Positions 35,386 through 50,168 of a DNA stretch of 64,000 bases are shown here, one piece after another. The translations under genes and the position numbers were made by a program. Every line of letters begins with the position of its first letter. Positions within the stretch are counted from its first letter, which is position 1. The notes beneath the pieces were generated by a model. That model was not told the DNA's origin. It saw only the letters and a list, made by a program, of their open reading frames with translations, and did not search any database. The stretch is from Mobula hypostoma (Eukaryota), in assembly GCF_963921235.1 (NCBI RefSeq), contig NC_086108.1, positions 48,920,001 to 48,984,000 of the forward strand, read 5' to 3'.

Positions 35386-36704
35386 AAAGAGGATAAAAAA
35401 ACCGTATATTTTGAGATGATTACCAATTCGCAATAAAGATATTTTGCAAAAGTTGATAAACATTAGTATATAACTATGAGTTCTTGTTGTCTTATTCTTT
35501 TGCTGTTTAAGTGCTGAAGTATTTAATTGCAACTTTTCTTTAATAAATTTAGAATTGGAAACTGCCCGACAGAATAAAATGCAGATGATTAGCATAACAT
35601 TAGGAGTAAGCCTGAGGTCTGAAATTTGGGAAGGAATACACATGTATACTCTGTTGAGAAAATATTTTTCTAAGCACCAGTAACTTGAAGATGAGAATAT
35701 TGTTGGAGGGAGGTTTTATACTGTCGATCCGTAATTTATCTTAGCGGTTTTTGTTTTAAGGTGGAATTTTGATAGGGGTTTATCATAAATGTGAGTGCGT
35801 GTCTGTTCCACAGTGGCATGAGGCACTAGCAAATGAAACAGGAAACCATGTGATAACCCAAGTAATTGGAAACATTCTGATCCAGGAACAAAATCTTCTG
35901 AGTTCCGGCCATCATTCAATTCAGGATTGGTTTCCTGAAGTGTCTTTGAATTTTGGTCTGGACAAATTCATAGCAGTATTTATTTGGCATTGGAGAATTG
36001 CAAAATAAGAAACGTGTGCTTTTTCTGTACACTTTTTTTCAATACTCTGTTCTACTCCTACTAGATGCATAAGGTTACAAAGAACGTCAAGTTTCCATTC
36101 ACTGGTCAGTCTTATTTAGAGCACCAACTTACTAATTATATTGCATCCTTGTCAATCACTTCCAATAATCTAATGATAACCACAAAATGTCCATATGACT
36201 GATTTTATAAAGCAAGCTGCTGTAAGCCAATGCAGGTAAAACACACTGTAGGGTTAACTAGTACATTATTATATGTTTAACATTCAACATTTAGTAAGCC
36301 AGCTGCTATATATTTTTAAAAGAATGTAATTTTTTTTGTATAGTCTTAGAATCATACAATACAAAAACAGGGCCTTCAGCTCAACTGGTCCATGCCAACC
36401 AAACTTCTCTTCTAAGCAAGTCCCTAAGCCCTGGGAAAAAGATTGACATCACCTTATCTAACCCCCTCATGATTTTATGCACCTCTAAGACTGTGCTTCA
36501 TTACCCTACACTTCAGTAAATGAAATTCTAACCTCTCTCAACTCTCCCAACAGCATCCTCAAATATCTACTCTGCATTCTTTCTAGCTTAATGGCATCTT
36601 TTCTTTCGCAGGGTGCTCAAAACTCTCAATGATATAACAGTTGCCACCCCAACAACATCTTGTACTATTGCAGTGTAACATCCCAACTTCTATACTCAAT
36701 CATA

Positions 36705-38115
36705 AACACATGAGATTCTGCAGATGCTGGAAAACCAGAGCAACAAAAAGAAAATGCTGGAGGAAGTCAGCAAGTCAGGCAGCATCCATGGATAAAGAAT
36801 CCAAGAATAAACAGTTGACATTTTGGGCTGAGACCCTTCATCAGGACTGGAAAGGAAGGGGAAAGAAGCCAGAATAAGGTGGGGGAAGGGGAGGGGTACA
36901 AGAAGGTAAGGACAGGTGAAACCAGATGAGGGGCCAGTTAGGTAGGTGAGAAGGGGAGGTGATAGGTGGAACAGGTTGAAGTGGTGGAACAGGTGGATAG
37001 GCTGAAGAAGAAGGAATTTGATAGGAGAGGACAGTGAACCATGGGAGAAGGGGAAGGAGCAGAGGCACCAGAGGGAAGCAGGTGAGGAGAAGGGAAGGGA
37101 TATGAGGAGAGCCAGAATGGGAAATGAGAGAAGAGGAGGGGGGAGAAATTACTTCTTCCACGTAACCAGCGAAAAATTAGACATTGCTGGGGCCCATGTG
37201 AGTGTACCTTTGGAGGAAGTGGGAGGAGCTGCTGAAAGAAATTGTCGAGGGTGAGGATCGATTCTGCCAGATGTAGGAGGGAAGTGCTAGACGGAAACTG
37301 GTTAGGTCTGCTGTATAGAAAAAAGTGCAGAAAATGGGGGATAGAAGTGTATAGGGACCGGACATCCATAATGAAATTGAGACGATCAGGGCAGAGGACT
37401 TAAAAATGAATGAAGAGTTTGAGAACATATGAAGTGTCATTTATATAGGTGGAAAGGGACTGAACCAAGGGGGACAAAAAGCAGTCAAGGTGTATGCACA
37501 AGTGTTCAGTGGGGCTGGAGCAGTCAGAAATAATGGCCCTGCCCAGGCAGTCAGGTTTGTGGATCTTGGGTAGGAAGTAGAAACAGGTAGTGTAGTATAA
37601 GGGAACTATGAGGTTGGTGGCAATGGATGGGAGATCTCCAGAGTCATTGAGGTTGGTGATGGTACAGGAGACAATGGCCTGATATTCCTGAGTGGGATCT
37701 TTTTCAATGGGAGTATAAAGGAAGTTGCCTGGGAGATGCCGCCTGGTCTAAGCAAGATAGAGGTCAGTCTGCCTGTCTGTCAGACTCCACTTGTCTACAG
37801 GTTTGATGGTGAGCTCGTGATTGGTGGAGGGAGAGTGGAGAGTAGTGCATTTTGAGGGAGTGAGGTTCAAATATAAGAGAGGAGTGTTGAAGTCAGAACG
37901 GTTGATGGCTTGTCAGCAGTTAGAGATGAAAATATCCAGAGTGGGCAGAAGACCAGAATAGGATAGTTAAGAAGAGGAAGAGGGTTGAAAATGGGAGAAG
38001 GTGGCATTGGTGTGGGGTGGGGAGTCCTTGCTAAAGAAGTAGGCTCATAGACGGAGGTGACTGAAGAAGAGGTCATTGTCCTTGGATACATGAAGTACCA
38101 CATGCCAAAGACATT
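36705..38115 (-). mobile_element. Penelope-like element (RT remnant plus terminal repeat) nested in a CR1 fragment (~36350-38790, minus)
   Basis: Peptide MDVRSLYTSIP (PLE RT motif); terminus aaacacatgagattctgcagatgctgg; degenerate hammerhead at 36812-36849. Confidence 0.75.
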
Positions 38116-39225
38116 CACCTACCTGTGACACCACTGTCAGGGAACCATGTATTTGTATTCCTGGATCACTCCACAGGGCCTTAAAGCTCCTAACCTCATT
38201 TTTCTTCCCAACACCTCACACTTAACACAATTAAACTCCATTTGCCATTCCTCGTCTAGCTTGCCCAGCTTACCAAGATTGCTCAGTTGATCTTGTTAAC
38301 AATCTTCATTGTCTACACCACCACTTAATTTAGTACCATCTGCAGATTTGTGTGTCTTGTACATTCTCATCCAAATCTTGATGTAGATGACAAATAGCAA
38401 TGGGCTCAGCACTGATCTAAATGGAACAGCACTAATCATGTGCTTCCAATTCAAAAAAAATTTCTGCCATCACCCCCTGCTTCATCAAGCCAATTGTGTA
38501 TCTAGTTAGCTAGCTCTGCATGGATCCATTTGGTCTAATTCTCCACAGCAGTCTACCATGTAGAACCTTACCAAAAGCTTTACTGAAGTTTAACGCTTTG
38601 CCCCTATTGACCACCTTGGTTACTTCTTTTTAAAAAAAAAAGTCGCTTAAATTGTTGAGGTGTCTTTCTAAATGTGTGCATGTCTTATCAGTCAAAATCC
38701 TCTCATAATTACCTACCACAGATCTTAGACCTACTGGTCTATACCAGTTGCTTTTCTTAAGCAAAGGAATAACATTAGCCACCCTCCTGTTCACTAATAA
38801 TGATAACATGATGGTTGAAAATTAAGTTACAGTTCCAGCTGGGTCAAAATCATGGAATTCCCTCCCTAGCAGCACTGTGGGTGTACCTACATCTCAGAAG
38901 GCAGCTCATCACCACCTTCTCAAGGGCAACTAGGGATGGACAATAAATGCTGGCTTAGCTGGTGACACCCACGTTCCTGTAAATGAATTTTTTTTTAAAT
39001 TAACTCTTCCTGCTTGTCACCACCACATTCTAAAATGTGTTTTTGAAGTTGTGTATTCAAATATGCCTGGAGTCAGAAAATTATGTACCAAGTAACTCAG
39101 CGGGTGATGAGATATCAGGGTATTGTAGTCTGACATGATTCTTAATCATTTAGATTGAGAAATCTGAATAATTAAAAATAAACAATGCATGCTGAACTTG
39201 TAAATGTATCATTCCCTTCCTTTAG

Positions 39226-39362
39226 AAATCACAGCCCGTGAGCATGGTTCAAACAAGAAACTGGCTGCACAATCGTGTGCACTGTCATTGGTCCGACAGC
39301 TTTACCATCTAGGAGTGTTTGAAGCTTTCACTGGACATACAAAAAAGAAAGAGACAGAAAAA
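39226..39362 (+). CDS. DHX9: DHX9 exon 8 equivalent, end of dsRBD2
   Basis: cctttag|AAATC...GAAAAA|gtaagt; [45 protein letters not shown]. Confidence 0.97.
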
Positions 39363-40429
39363 GTAAGTAACTTGATGACTTGCATAGAGTAAGATTACTT
39401 ATGAATATTGGTATTTGGGAAAAATGCAGCAATTTACAAAAAGGATTAGATATTTGTTCATCAAATTTTCCTTCTATGCTGAATAGTTAGATTGCTTTGT
39501 AAATTATCCTGTAATGTAACCATAAATGTAATAATTACAATATTTAACCCTTGTAAATATTTCCTTCTTCACCTGCAATATTCATTTGAGCAGATCAAGG
39601 AAATTACATCCCAGATTTCTTGGACTCAGCTGTGTTAGATTTTCAGTCAGAGAGGCACTACAACTGTGCTTCGATTGCTCCCAGCAAAGGAATGACATTA
39701 ATGTTTCTGTTCTTGCATCATTATTCATTTGCTTATGTAAATGTGAATTTTGAATGAGAATAGGAAAAGGGAAGGCATCTGAATTCACACATGAAGAATG
39801 CTATAAGGACAAGATTTTGGAAGATGCTCAACACATGGAACATTATGCCATTTAACAGTTTGTCACTTAATGAGAGCACTGATGTGATTGGGAAAATGAA
39901 CGGTGTTGTCTTGGCTTCAAGAACATACATGGAAGTAGTTGTGCAATTCAGTGCTTTTTGCATTAAGTACAACACCATTTACCCTTGCTGAGGAATATGA
40001 GCAATGAAAAGTTCCAGTAAAAGAAAATGATAAAAAACCGTAATGCTCAAAATCAGATCCAAAAACAGAAAATGCTAGAAACATTTAAACATTAGGCAAC
40101 ATCTGGAAGGAAAACCACTTAAAGGGGATTTTGCATCAAGATTAGCATGTGATTCTGGAACCAAAATGTTAATTGCTTCTTCCACAATTACTGTTTTACT
40201 AGTTTATTTCCAGCATTTCCTACTTTTGTCCCAGATCTGATAGTTTGAAATAATGTGTTTGTCTGCAGATATTCTAATCCTTGTAGTTCTCTAATCGTTG
40301 TGTTTCAAAATCCATCTGAAATCAAGTTTGTAATGTCCTAATGCACACCCAGGATTATATGGACTGTAAAACTTTTAAGTTCCTGCAAATTGCATATCAG
40401 AAAACTACTGAAAGAATAGTTTTGTGTGA

Positions 40430-42370
40430 TACTGTTTCTGATAGAATTTTTTGAAAGGGTAACAAAGAAGATTCAAGAGGGCAGGACAGTTGATGTTGTC
40501 TACGTGGATGTTATTTTGCAAGGCCGTTGACAAGGTCTGCTTGGTAGGCTAGTCTGGAATATCCCATTGGATGCTGATTAGCTAGTCAATTCAGATAAAA
40601 ATTTGGCTTAGTGGAAGGAGACACAAAGTGACAGTTGTGCTGTTATTCTGATTGGACACCTGTGGCTAGTGGTGTGCCACAGGGGTTAGTGCTAGGTTCA
40701 CTGTTTGTTATTTATATTAACAATTTGGATAACAATGTTGTTAATATGGTTGTTAATACTGTCCTGAAGAAGGGTCTTGGCCCGAAACGCCATTAAAGGT
40801 CATGGGGAGAAGGGCAGAGAGTGGGGCTGAGGAGGGAAAAAAGGATCAGCCATGATTAAATTGTAGAGCAGACTCGATCGGCCAAAAGGGCTACATCTAC
40901 TCCTATGTCTTATGGGCTTTTGGAAATGTTGACTGTGTCGACCTTTTACTCTTTTCCATAGATGCTTAGTTCCTCCAGCATTTTGTGTGTGTTGCTTTGG
41001 CTCTCCAGCATCTGCAGATTATCTTGTATTTATTAACATGGTTAGCAAGTTTGCAGATGACTCCCAACAGTTGATGGTGTAGTGCACAATGAAGAAGGTT
41101 ATCCAAGATTGCCAGCAGGACCTAGGTGAATTGGGGAAATGTGCCAAGGCATGGCAGGTGGAATTTAATTTGGACATGTGCAAGGTGTTGCATTTTGGCA
41201 AGTTAAACTAAAACAATATGTGCACAGTAAATATTAGGTCTCTGGAGAGTGTTGTAGAATGGAGAGAACTCTGGGTAAAGGTAACAAAATGGAGACATGG
41301 AGATTGCAAACTCTTGAATCTGAAGCAACGAACGATGTGCTGGATGAGGTTAGATGGCATCTATGGAGAGAAACTCCACATGAAGGGCCTCAATCCAAAA
41401 TATTGACTGTATTTCCCTCTACAGAAGCTTCCTGACATGTTGAGTTCCTCAGTATCTTGTTTGTTGCTTGGAGTACGGGAACATAGTTTCCTAAAAGCAG
41501 TTACATGGGTAGACAGTGTGGTGGGAAAAAAAGAGAGAAAGCACTTAGCATTCTTACATTCATCACTGAGTACAGGAATTGGGAAACCACTACGTCATTG
41601 GTGACACCTAGCTTAAGAGTATTGTGCGCAGTTCTAGTCACTCACCTAGAGGAAGGATATTATTAAGCTGGATAGGATGGAGAAAATGTTCACAAGGATG
41701 TTCCCTGGACTGGTGGGCTTAAGTTGTAAGGAGAGACTGCATATGCTGGGACTCTTTTTCTCTCTCTGGAGTATAGAAAGCTGAGGGGTAACCTTGGAAA
41801 GGTACAGAATATCATGAGGGGCATAGTCAAGAGAGAATCTGCAGATGCTGGAAATCCAGGCAATGCACAAAAATGCTGGAGGAACACAGCAGGCCAGACA
41901 GCATCTATAGAAGAAATTACTGTTGACATTTTGGTCTGAGACCCTTCAGCAGGATCCTTTGGCCAGTCCTGCTGAAGGGTCTTGGCCTGAAACGGCGACT
42001 GTATTTTTTTTTCCATAGATGCTGCCTGGCCTGCTGAGTTCCTCCAGCATTTTGTGTGTGATGGGTGGCATGGATAGGGTGGGTGGTCAGCCTATTTCCC
42101 AGGGAAGGGGAGTTTAAAACTAGTGAAACAAGAGTTAAGTAAGAGGAAGAAGATTTAAGCAGGACCTGAGAGGCATCTTTTCATTCAGGTGGTGGTACGG
42201 AGACAGACACAATTACAATGCTGAAAAAATATTTGAGCAAATACATGGAGGAAAAAAGTTAAGACAGATGTGGGTAAACACAGGCCCTTGGGACTAGGTT
42301 AGGTAGCTATTGTGGCCGGTATGGACAAGTTGGCTAAAGTCTCTGTTACCCTGCTGTATAACTCTGTGAC
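40430..42370 (+). mobile_element. CR1 RT/3' fragment carrying several PLE-derived mini insertions
   Basis: CR1-like gtgccacagggg and agcaagtttgcagatgac segments and a 3' tail; inserts at ~40760-41020, ~41290-41470 and 41830-42060. Confidence 0.7.
41830..42060. mobile_element. Palindromic PLE-terminus mini-element
   Basis: Inverted arms ~41865-41954 and ~41966-42058; degenerate TSD atgaggggcatag/atgggtggcatgg. Confidence 0.75.
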
Positions 42371-42461
42371 ACTCCAGAATGTAATTTTTCTTTTGTTTCA
42401 AGTTGTGGTTGTTTTGCTTTTGACAGGTGAACACATTTTTAAGTTAGTGTTTATACTTTAG

Positions 42462-42551
42462 GTGGAACCATATGAAGTGAATATTGCAGGAGATCTGGAA
42501 TCCCAGCTTGAGTCTGTTGTCACTGACCTGGGATTGGAACTGATCCCACCA
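42462..42551 (+). CDS. DHX9: DHX9 exon 9 equivalent
   Basis: ctttag|GTGGAA...CCACCA|gtaagt; VEPYEVNIAGDLESQLESVVTDLGLELIPP. Confidence 0.95.
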
Positions 42552-43197
42552 GTAAGTATATGTAATTAAAATTTAATAGATGCATTGAATAAAAACTCAT
42601 CTTCAGAATCTAACTTGTTAGATTAAAATATTAAAATATTACATCAATGCTTTCTATATTATGGTATCAATGTGAGCTATCATTTTTTGATGCTGGTGAA
42701 AGCTGTGATGCAACACTGTTTTTTCACACTTGCTGCTGTGTTTCTAGTGTCATTCAGCTCATTGGTGAGAGATGAAAGAGGGGAAGAAGTAAACATTACT
42801 TGTAGCAGAGCTTGTACTTCAAAGACTGCTTGTTGTTTTAGGCTGAATTAATTGTAGAACTTTTAATTTGTATTCTGCACGAACTGTCCACCTTGTATCC
42901 CTGCTTCCTTGATTATTCTAAAATCAGAAATATATTTATGTTCTCTATCACTACCAAATAAGTGTTTGGAATTCTTCAATAGTTAGTGAATCTTTGAAAT
43001 AATTCATAATTAGAGCCATTACTTGTATCAAGAGACAATGTAGATTTGATGCTCCAACCCCTTACCTTTTTGGATGGTTATTTCCCATGGATGATCTTTC
43101 CCAAAGCAATCCTTTTTCATAGTTCAAAATAAGTTTGTTTCTTGGTGCATTTAAAGTCAAATTGTCATTATTGATTTGCAACTCTTTTATCTAATAG

Positions 43198-43359
43198 CCA
43201 GAAGACCCAACTAGTCCAGTTTCACTTACAGTTGGAAAGCTTGCCCATTTTGAGCCATCAATTCGACAGAGCTTTGCAGGAGTTGTACCATGGTCACCTC
43301 CTCAGGTGAACTGGAACCCTTGGACCAGCAGCAATATAGATGAAGGACCACTTGCTTTT
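43198..43359 (+). CDS. DHX9: DHX9 exon 10 equivalent, MTAD region
   Basis: ctaatag|CCAGAA...GCTTTT|gtaagt; [54 protein letters not shown]. Confidence 0.97.
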
Positions 43360-45170
43360 GTAAGTGAAGCATATGAATTATAAACATGTAATTTTCTAAT
43401 GAAAATGTCCATTAAAGAATGTTTTTTGCTTTTAAACAAAACCATAATGAATTGGCAAGTGTATATTTGATAAATTGATTGTGTATGTGAGGAGTATTAA
43501 TTTATTTCACATTCTAAAGGACTCAATATTTAAGTTTATTTATTACACGTATATCAAACCATACAGTGAAATGTGTCATTGTGTTAACAATCACACATCT
43601 GAGGGTATGCTGGGGGTGCAGTCTGCAAGCGTTGCCATATTCTAGTACCAATATAATATGTCCACAGTGCTCAGCAGAAAAACACAGCACACAACAAGCA
43701 ACAAAACAACAGCAAAACAATCCCCATTCTGCTCTCCCACCCGTGCACGTACGCAGTCCTTTAATCCCAGAACAGGCTGTCACTCTTTGGCCTTTGTCCT
43801 CCAGCAGACTCTGACTTGGGCCTGCAGACATCAGATTTTGACTTCCCCAGCCGACTCGCAGAGATCCTCAAACTCAGCTCCGTCCAGTAGGCCTCTACTT
43901 CTGATTTAACTATCGGGCCTTGATCCTTAGCATCAATCCCAGGACATGCTAGGCTTCAAACTCCGGACTCACTGATGATGATATCCAAACACTGGGCCTG
44001 GAGCTCTGGTCTCACTGATTTGTGAACCGGGGTGGGGGTGGGGGTAGGGGCGCAGGGGGTTTTGTCAGAACTTGTTCCATCAGAACATGGAACTCCGACT
44101 CTGGACTCTGCCAACGACTCACTTACATTGATGGAGCAGGGGAGGCCTTCATCCACTTTTGGTCGTCCGACATCTTATCTCAGGTGCCCCACGTCCATGC
44201 TACTGCCCTTCAAATGTGAAGCGAAGACCGACTCCCGCCTGACTTGCCTGACCTTTAATTTCCCCTACATCCTTTTTCCTAAACAGTAACCTGCCCCGCC
44301 CCCAAACTCCTCTCTGTCCCCAAAACTACCATACAAATCTGAAAGACAATGAAAAAATTACCTACGTCTGAGCTACGACCCAATGGAGGTCACAGCTAAC
44401 TGCAGTCGTGGAATTTTTCCACTTCAAATATTCCTCTTCATTTGTGGTGTTCCTCTGGCTTTGATTAAGAAAGCATTGACTTCAATGTGCGAGTTGGATT
44501 TTCCAATCAAAACTGCTACTCATGATGCAAGATATTCCTTGTGTAGTGTGAATTCCTGGGTACTCGAGAAATACTTCTATTTTAAAAATGTTCATTATAT
44601 TAATTTAGTTACTTTAAATGTGCAGAATGAAGCTTGAGAGTAGGTTCTAAGGTACAGCATTTCATTAGGTGTTTTTTTATGGTAGGTGGACATTCTTTAT
44701 ATTGGAAAATTTGAGATTATTGTCATAAAGGCAAACTATCGTAATTAAATGTAATGTACGTTACTACCTTAAATGGTGAGGAATATCATGGTCCGTTCTG
44801 CAAAACAATCAAAGCCACAGCTGAAAATGGCCAATATTGTCACTCTTGCCATCCTTAAAAGTATTTGTCACCCTTGTTTCATTGAATTTATTTTACCTTA
44901 TTGGATCACCACACATTACAATTATCTTTCATTCAACTGTTAAATCTGACAAGAAACTACTCAACAAAATTGCTTTAAAGCCAAGGATATCACCTGCCTA
45001 CGAAAGTAAAAAAATCAACGGTGCAAAATTAACTCAACAATATTATTTTTTTTTATTGATTTCGTTTAAGACTGAGTGAGAAATTAATACAAAAGGCACT
45101 TTTCAAATATACATTTCTTTTGTCATTTAGTAAACTAAATGTTGCAGTGTAATGGTTATTTTTTTTACAG

Positions 45171-45248
45171 GCAACACCAGAGCAAATCAGTGTGGATTTG
45201 AAGGATGGATTACAGTATCAGATGCAGAATGATAGCAACCTACAAAAA
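45171..45248 (+). CDS. DHX9: DHX9 exon 11 equivalent
   Basis: ttttacag|GCAACA...CAAAAA|gtatgt; ATPEQISVDLKDGLQYQMQNDSNLQK. Confidence 0.95.
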
Positions 45249-47791
45249 GTATGTAACTTTTTATTAAATGTCTTAACTTAATTGTATTTTTAAATACTGA
45301 CCACTTACTGAATCATTTGGTCGTTTTAAGTATTGTCTTTTGTAGCATGTTGATATATTGCATTAATTTAGTACTCTCAGATTTGATACAGAGATTGAAC
45401 TCAAGCCTTTGTGAATATTTGTACCTGGTTTTGCGCTGATACTTTTCCATATAGTATTCTGGAATGGTGCAGTATTGTCAGAAGTGCTGTCAATATCATT
45501 TTATGAAATCTGTTGCTTTCTTCAATCTTAATACTGTTACCAGATTATCTTCAATCTTAATACTGTTTCCAGATTATAAATGTATTTACGTAATTTCATT
45601 ATCAGTATGTTTGAACATTATGCCCACATGTTTCTATTTGGATACATAGAAATACATTTTTTGTACTGTCAAAATCTTGAGCTGCCTGATCCAGTAAACA
45701 TTGGGGCAATATAAATCAATTTTTTGCTCTAAACTAGAATTGAATCTATTGTTAATCCTATGATGGTGAAATGTTTGTTAATTAATTACCCTGCAAATAA
45801 ATTCAGCTGTTTTGTGTATAGATGCGTACAATCAATGTTGCAAAATCATACTGAATTCTATTAAGAGATGCTACACTTATTTTGAAACCTTCCATCTTTG
45901 TAAACCAGTCACTTAATCAAATTTGCTAAGTTAAATGAACTTAAACTAAATAGATTACTTGGCATTGACATGGGCAACACATTCTAAGACTGAATTGTTC
46001 TCAGTCCATTTAGTTTGCAAAGTTCGTTTCTTTAGACACAAGGTTTGTGGTATAGGACAAAGGCAAAAGGCACATGGGAGCATCACAGCCTGCAGATTAC
46101 CAAGTATCTCAACATTATGAGTTGGAAATACATTACCATTTTTTTCATTGTTACTGTGTCTGAACCTGGAGCTTTCTATAAAGCAATACTGAGAGTATAT
46201 TCACCGCTAGTTCAAGAAGATTGCACGCTACTGTTTTCCCTATGGCATTTAGAAATGCAGGGTAAATGGTTGCCTTAGCAACAACATCCACATTCTGTAT
46301 GTGGATGTTATTAAACAGAGATCCATCCATGTCTTCTGCTAGCATATTCTTCATTCATCCTCCCTCTTTTTAGGAGTTAAATCTTCATTTTAGTGTTTTT
46401 CTAAATGGTTGAAAATCTTGAATTTAATGTAACTTGCAAATGCTGCATGGTAGTGTTTTAAGATCTCTGTAAGCATTTCCACGTTTGTAGATTTAATGAA
46501 ATTTGATCACCAAATTAACCTGCAGAATAAGATAAGGATATAAAGTTTGCAGACCATGGTATTAGTTCTTGCCCCTGACTGATGAAAGCTATGTCCAAAG
46601 ATGCAGGAATATCAGTGGAATAGATTTCCATTTTTCTGAAGTTGGTTGCTGTTGAGGGGCAGTTTTATCGGAAGGCGGCAGTAATTTACCATGAATTGGA
46701 ATGTGAAGATAAATTACGTAAATTAACAAATTTGAATAAGATTTCAGACCTCTTGCTTGTTTACTTGAACACAAAGGAAAATTAAATTGTGATGTAGAAC
46801 AAATGTGCAGTAAAGGCTTGCCTAAGCATCAAAAGAAATTAGATGTGCTAAATAATATAGCAAACGTTGAAAGAGACCAACTGAGTATTGGAGATGTTGA
46901 AGATTGAGAAATTGCCTTGGACTTCAGAATTCATGTCCCACAGTTTTATGAGATGTGGATTCATAAGTGATAATTTTTCAAAATTCCCAAGATAGTGTAG
47001 ACTATATAAAACCTTAAAAATTCAGATATGCTAAGGTATAACTGAAAAGTTTGTCACCTGAAACAAATGTCTATGGGGTCATGGGTAATGCATTGGCATA
47101 CATAAGGTTTTGGTTAAAGAAGTAGAATATCAAGAAAATGAATTAATGGACATTTTTTTCAGGCTAGCACATTGTCTTTAACTTGCTGCCACAGTAATGT
47201 GATCAATCTGCAACCCTCAGATGTTCGTAAGTTACAACTTAACTGGCGGGGGGAAGGTTGTCCTGTGAGAAGAGATGAATAAGACGCACTCATAGATGTT
47301 AAAACTTTGAGCATGTAGTGGTAATTTTACAGAGGCAAACAAGATTCTGAGGTAAACAGGAGTAGATGGACAATGGTTCAATTTTAAACTTCAAATCTCA
47401 TTGGGTATGCATCTTTCATTATCTCCCTCAACTTCATCAAATTTGTAATCTAGCATGCATTTGCTATTTGCAATCTTTTGCATCCTGACTTCAATCACTC
47501 CATTATTACCAATCTTGCTTTTGAGTACTTGGGACCAGCACTAAAACTCTGCCTGTTTCTCCTTCTAAATTATTTCTTTAAAACTTAGCAGTTTAACTAA
47601 GCTGTTACTTCACTATCTTTATATCTCATTATATACTCAATATGAAATATTTTAGGGTATTTTAATATTTCAAAGGTGGCATTTTTTTTCCTCTAACAGT
47701 GCAACTTTGGAATAGAGATATACTTGTTACTTGTCTTTTCAAATGGGCAATTATTTTTGAATTGACAACAGGATTTTGTATCTTGCCACAG

Positions 47792-47983
47792 ATAATCAGC
47801 GAAAGAAGCCAACTGCCAGTCAAAAATTTTGAAGAACAAATTCTTGAAGCAATCAATTCCCATTCAGTAATTATTATTCGAGGTCAAACTGGATGTGGTA
47901 AAACTACCCAAGTTCCTCAATACATTCTAGATGATTACATCAACAAAGGCAGAGGTTCTGAGTGCAACATTGTAGTGACACAG
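47792..47983 (+). CDS. DHX9: DHX9 exon 12 equivalent, helicase motif I (Walker A)
   Basis: gccacag|ATAATC...ACACAG|gtgcgt; contains GQTGCGKTTQVPQ. Confidence 0.98.
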
Positions 47984-48816
47984 GTGCGTGAGAAATAGTT
48001 GCAGAAAATGAGCCAGCGGTTTACTTGTAATACACAAGATAATTTCTGCTTGTTCATTTAATGTAATTCAACTCTTGCTACAGAAGAATGGACTTGTTCA
48101 GTTGTTTACAGATAATCCTATAATGGACGGGTGAATCTTGTTGGGTACATGATTAAACACTGAAATGGCCTGTGATGGGTATCAGGATATTTCTGAATGT
48201 GTGCTGCTGATACCATCCATGTCCCAGATACTTGTCTGAAGCTGAATTGGATTGTTAATAAACCCAAACTGAGTTTTGAATTATGTTTCCATTTCACCAC
48301 AAGGAGCATTTCCAACAATACTCACATCCACCCTTCCTCAGCTCACTTGCTGATAAAAGTTCATCCACATAATCTCTGATCTGACTATTTCAACATATTC
48401 TATTATTCATAAATTCTGGTCACGCAGAGTTCTTGAAAAATCCATCCAAACATCTTGAGTTCTTGAAACATCTACCAGTCACAAAAAAATTAGTGTACAG
48501 TAATTTTATGTTCATTGGTTACAAGTTGTGCATTTGTGACAAATGGACAAAAAACAATTATAATGTGAAATCCAAATTAATAAACTTTTTTTGCGTGGAA
48601 GTATATTCATGTATTTTAACGTGATGGTTAAGAATTATTTTTTAAAGACTAGAATTGCAAATGAATAAATGGATTTTTTGTCATTCGCTATAAAATACAT
48701 CACTGGTTAGATAGTGTCTGTTGCGATAAAGTATATTGAGTTAATCCTTATGCAGTACTGCAAGGTATGCCTATATGCACTTTTATTACTTAAATTCTTG
48801 TCTTTTACCTCCTCAG

Positions 48817-48958
48817 CCTCGACGTATTAGCGCTGTGTCAGTTGCAGAGCGTGTTGGTTGTGAACGAGGAGAAGAGCTGGGCAAGAGCTGTGGTTACAGT
48901 GTTCGATTTGAATCCATATTGCCAAGACCACATGGCAGTATAATGTTCTGTACTGTAG
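48817..48958 (+). CDS. DHX9: DHX9 exon 13 equivalent, motif Ia/Ib
   Basis: cctcag|CCTCGA...GTAG|gttagt; [13 protein letters not shown]...GYSVRFE...IMFCTV. Confidence 0.98.
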
Positions 48959-48994
48959 GTTAGTATATGCATGACAGCTGACTTGCAGTAAAAT

Positions 48995-49290
48995 TGCACA
49001 CCAGGGTGGCATAGTGATTAACTTGACACCATTACAGATCAGCATGATCCAGAGCTCAGCATTAAATTCTGGCGCTGTTCTGGAAGGAGTATGGTCTGTT
49101 CTCCCTGTGGAATGAGTGGGTTTTCCCTAGGTGCTCAGTTTTCCTTCCACAGTCCAAAGGCATACTGATTAATGGGTTAACTGGTCATTACAAATTGTCC
49201 TGTAATTGCGGTTATCGGAGATTGCTGGGGCCAGCGTGGCTCAAAGGGCTGGAAGGGCCTACCTAGCACTGTATTGCTAAATAAATAAAA
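48995..49290 (+). mobile_element. V-SINE (tRNA-derived SINE)
   Basis: A-box-like ggtggcatagtga; V-domain gggttttccctaggtgctcagttttccttccacagtccaaag; (taaa)n tail. Confidence 0.7.
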
Positions 49291-49951
49291 TTAACCATCA
49301 TCAGTCCTCATGGACAATGCTGTTCTTGCTTCTATTTTAATCATTATGATTTGACAGAGAGAGATACTGTAAAACTTGTTAAAGATATTCATACCTAAGG
49401 CAAACGAGAATGCGACATTTATTGGGGAGTGTTAGTGGGGAATTAAATTTTATCAAAGTTCAGTTTTGATTAGAATTGTCCCAAATCAGAATGTATAAGC
49501 CTGTTTTATTACTGAACTACCCTGTCTCAAAATAAGAATAAGACATAGCTGAGAAGCAACTTCTTCACTTGCAGGGCAGTGATTCCTTGGATACTCTAAC
49601 TTAGAAGACTGTGGGGGCTCGGTTATTTGATTACATTCAAAGCAAAGATTAATTGATTTTTAAATATTAGTTACATCGAGAGATGGAGAATTCCCACTCT
49701 ATGTTGGAATTTTTTGAGGAAATAACAGGCAAGATAATCAAAGGAGAGTCAGTGGATGTTGTTTACTTGGATTTTCAGAAGACTTTTGACAAGGTGCTTC
49801 ATGAGGCTGCCTGACAAGTTGAGAGTCCATTGTATTGCAGGAAAGATACTGCACGGATAGAAGATCGGCTGACTGGCAGCTGGCAAAGAGTGGGAAGAAA
49901 AGGGGCCTTTTCTGGTTGGCTGCCAGTGACTAGTGGTATACTGTAGAGGTT

Positions 49952-50168
49952 CGTAAGCACAAAATAATCTGCAGATGCTGGGGTCAAAGCAACACTCACA
50001 ACACGCTGGAGGAACTCAGCAGGTCGGGCAGCGTCCGTGGAAAAGATCGGTTGACGTTTCGGGCCGGAAACCTTCAGTCCTGATGAAGGGTTCAGGCCCG
50101 AAATGTTGACCGATCTTTTCCACGAATGCTGCCCGACCTGCTGAGTTCCTCCAGCGTGTTGTGAGCGT
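49952..50168. mobile_element. Palindromic PLE-terminus mini-element with a 13-bp TSD
   Basis: TSD tactgtagaggtt (49939-49951 and 50169-50181); ~85-bp near-perfect inverted arms. Confidence 0.85.
50077..50110 (+). ncRNA. Minimal hammerhead motif with intact core
   Basis: gtc-CTGATGA-a-gggttcaggccc-GAAA-tGTT-gac. Confidence 0.6.
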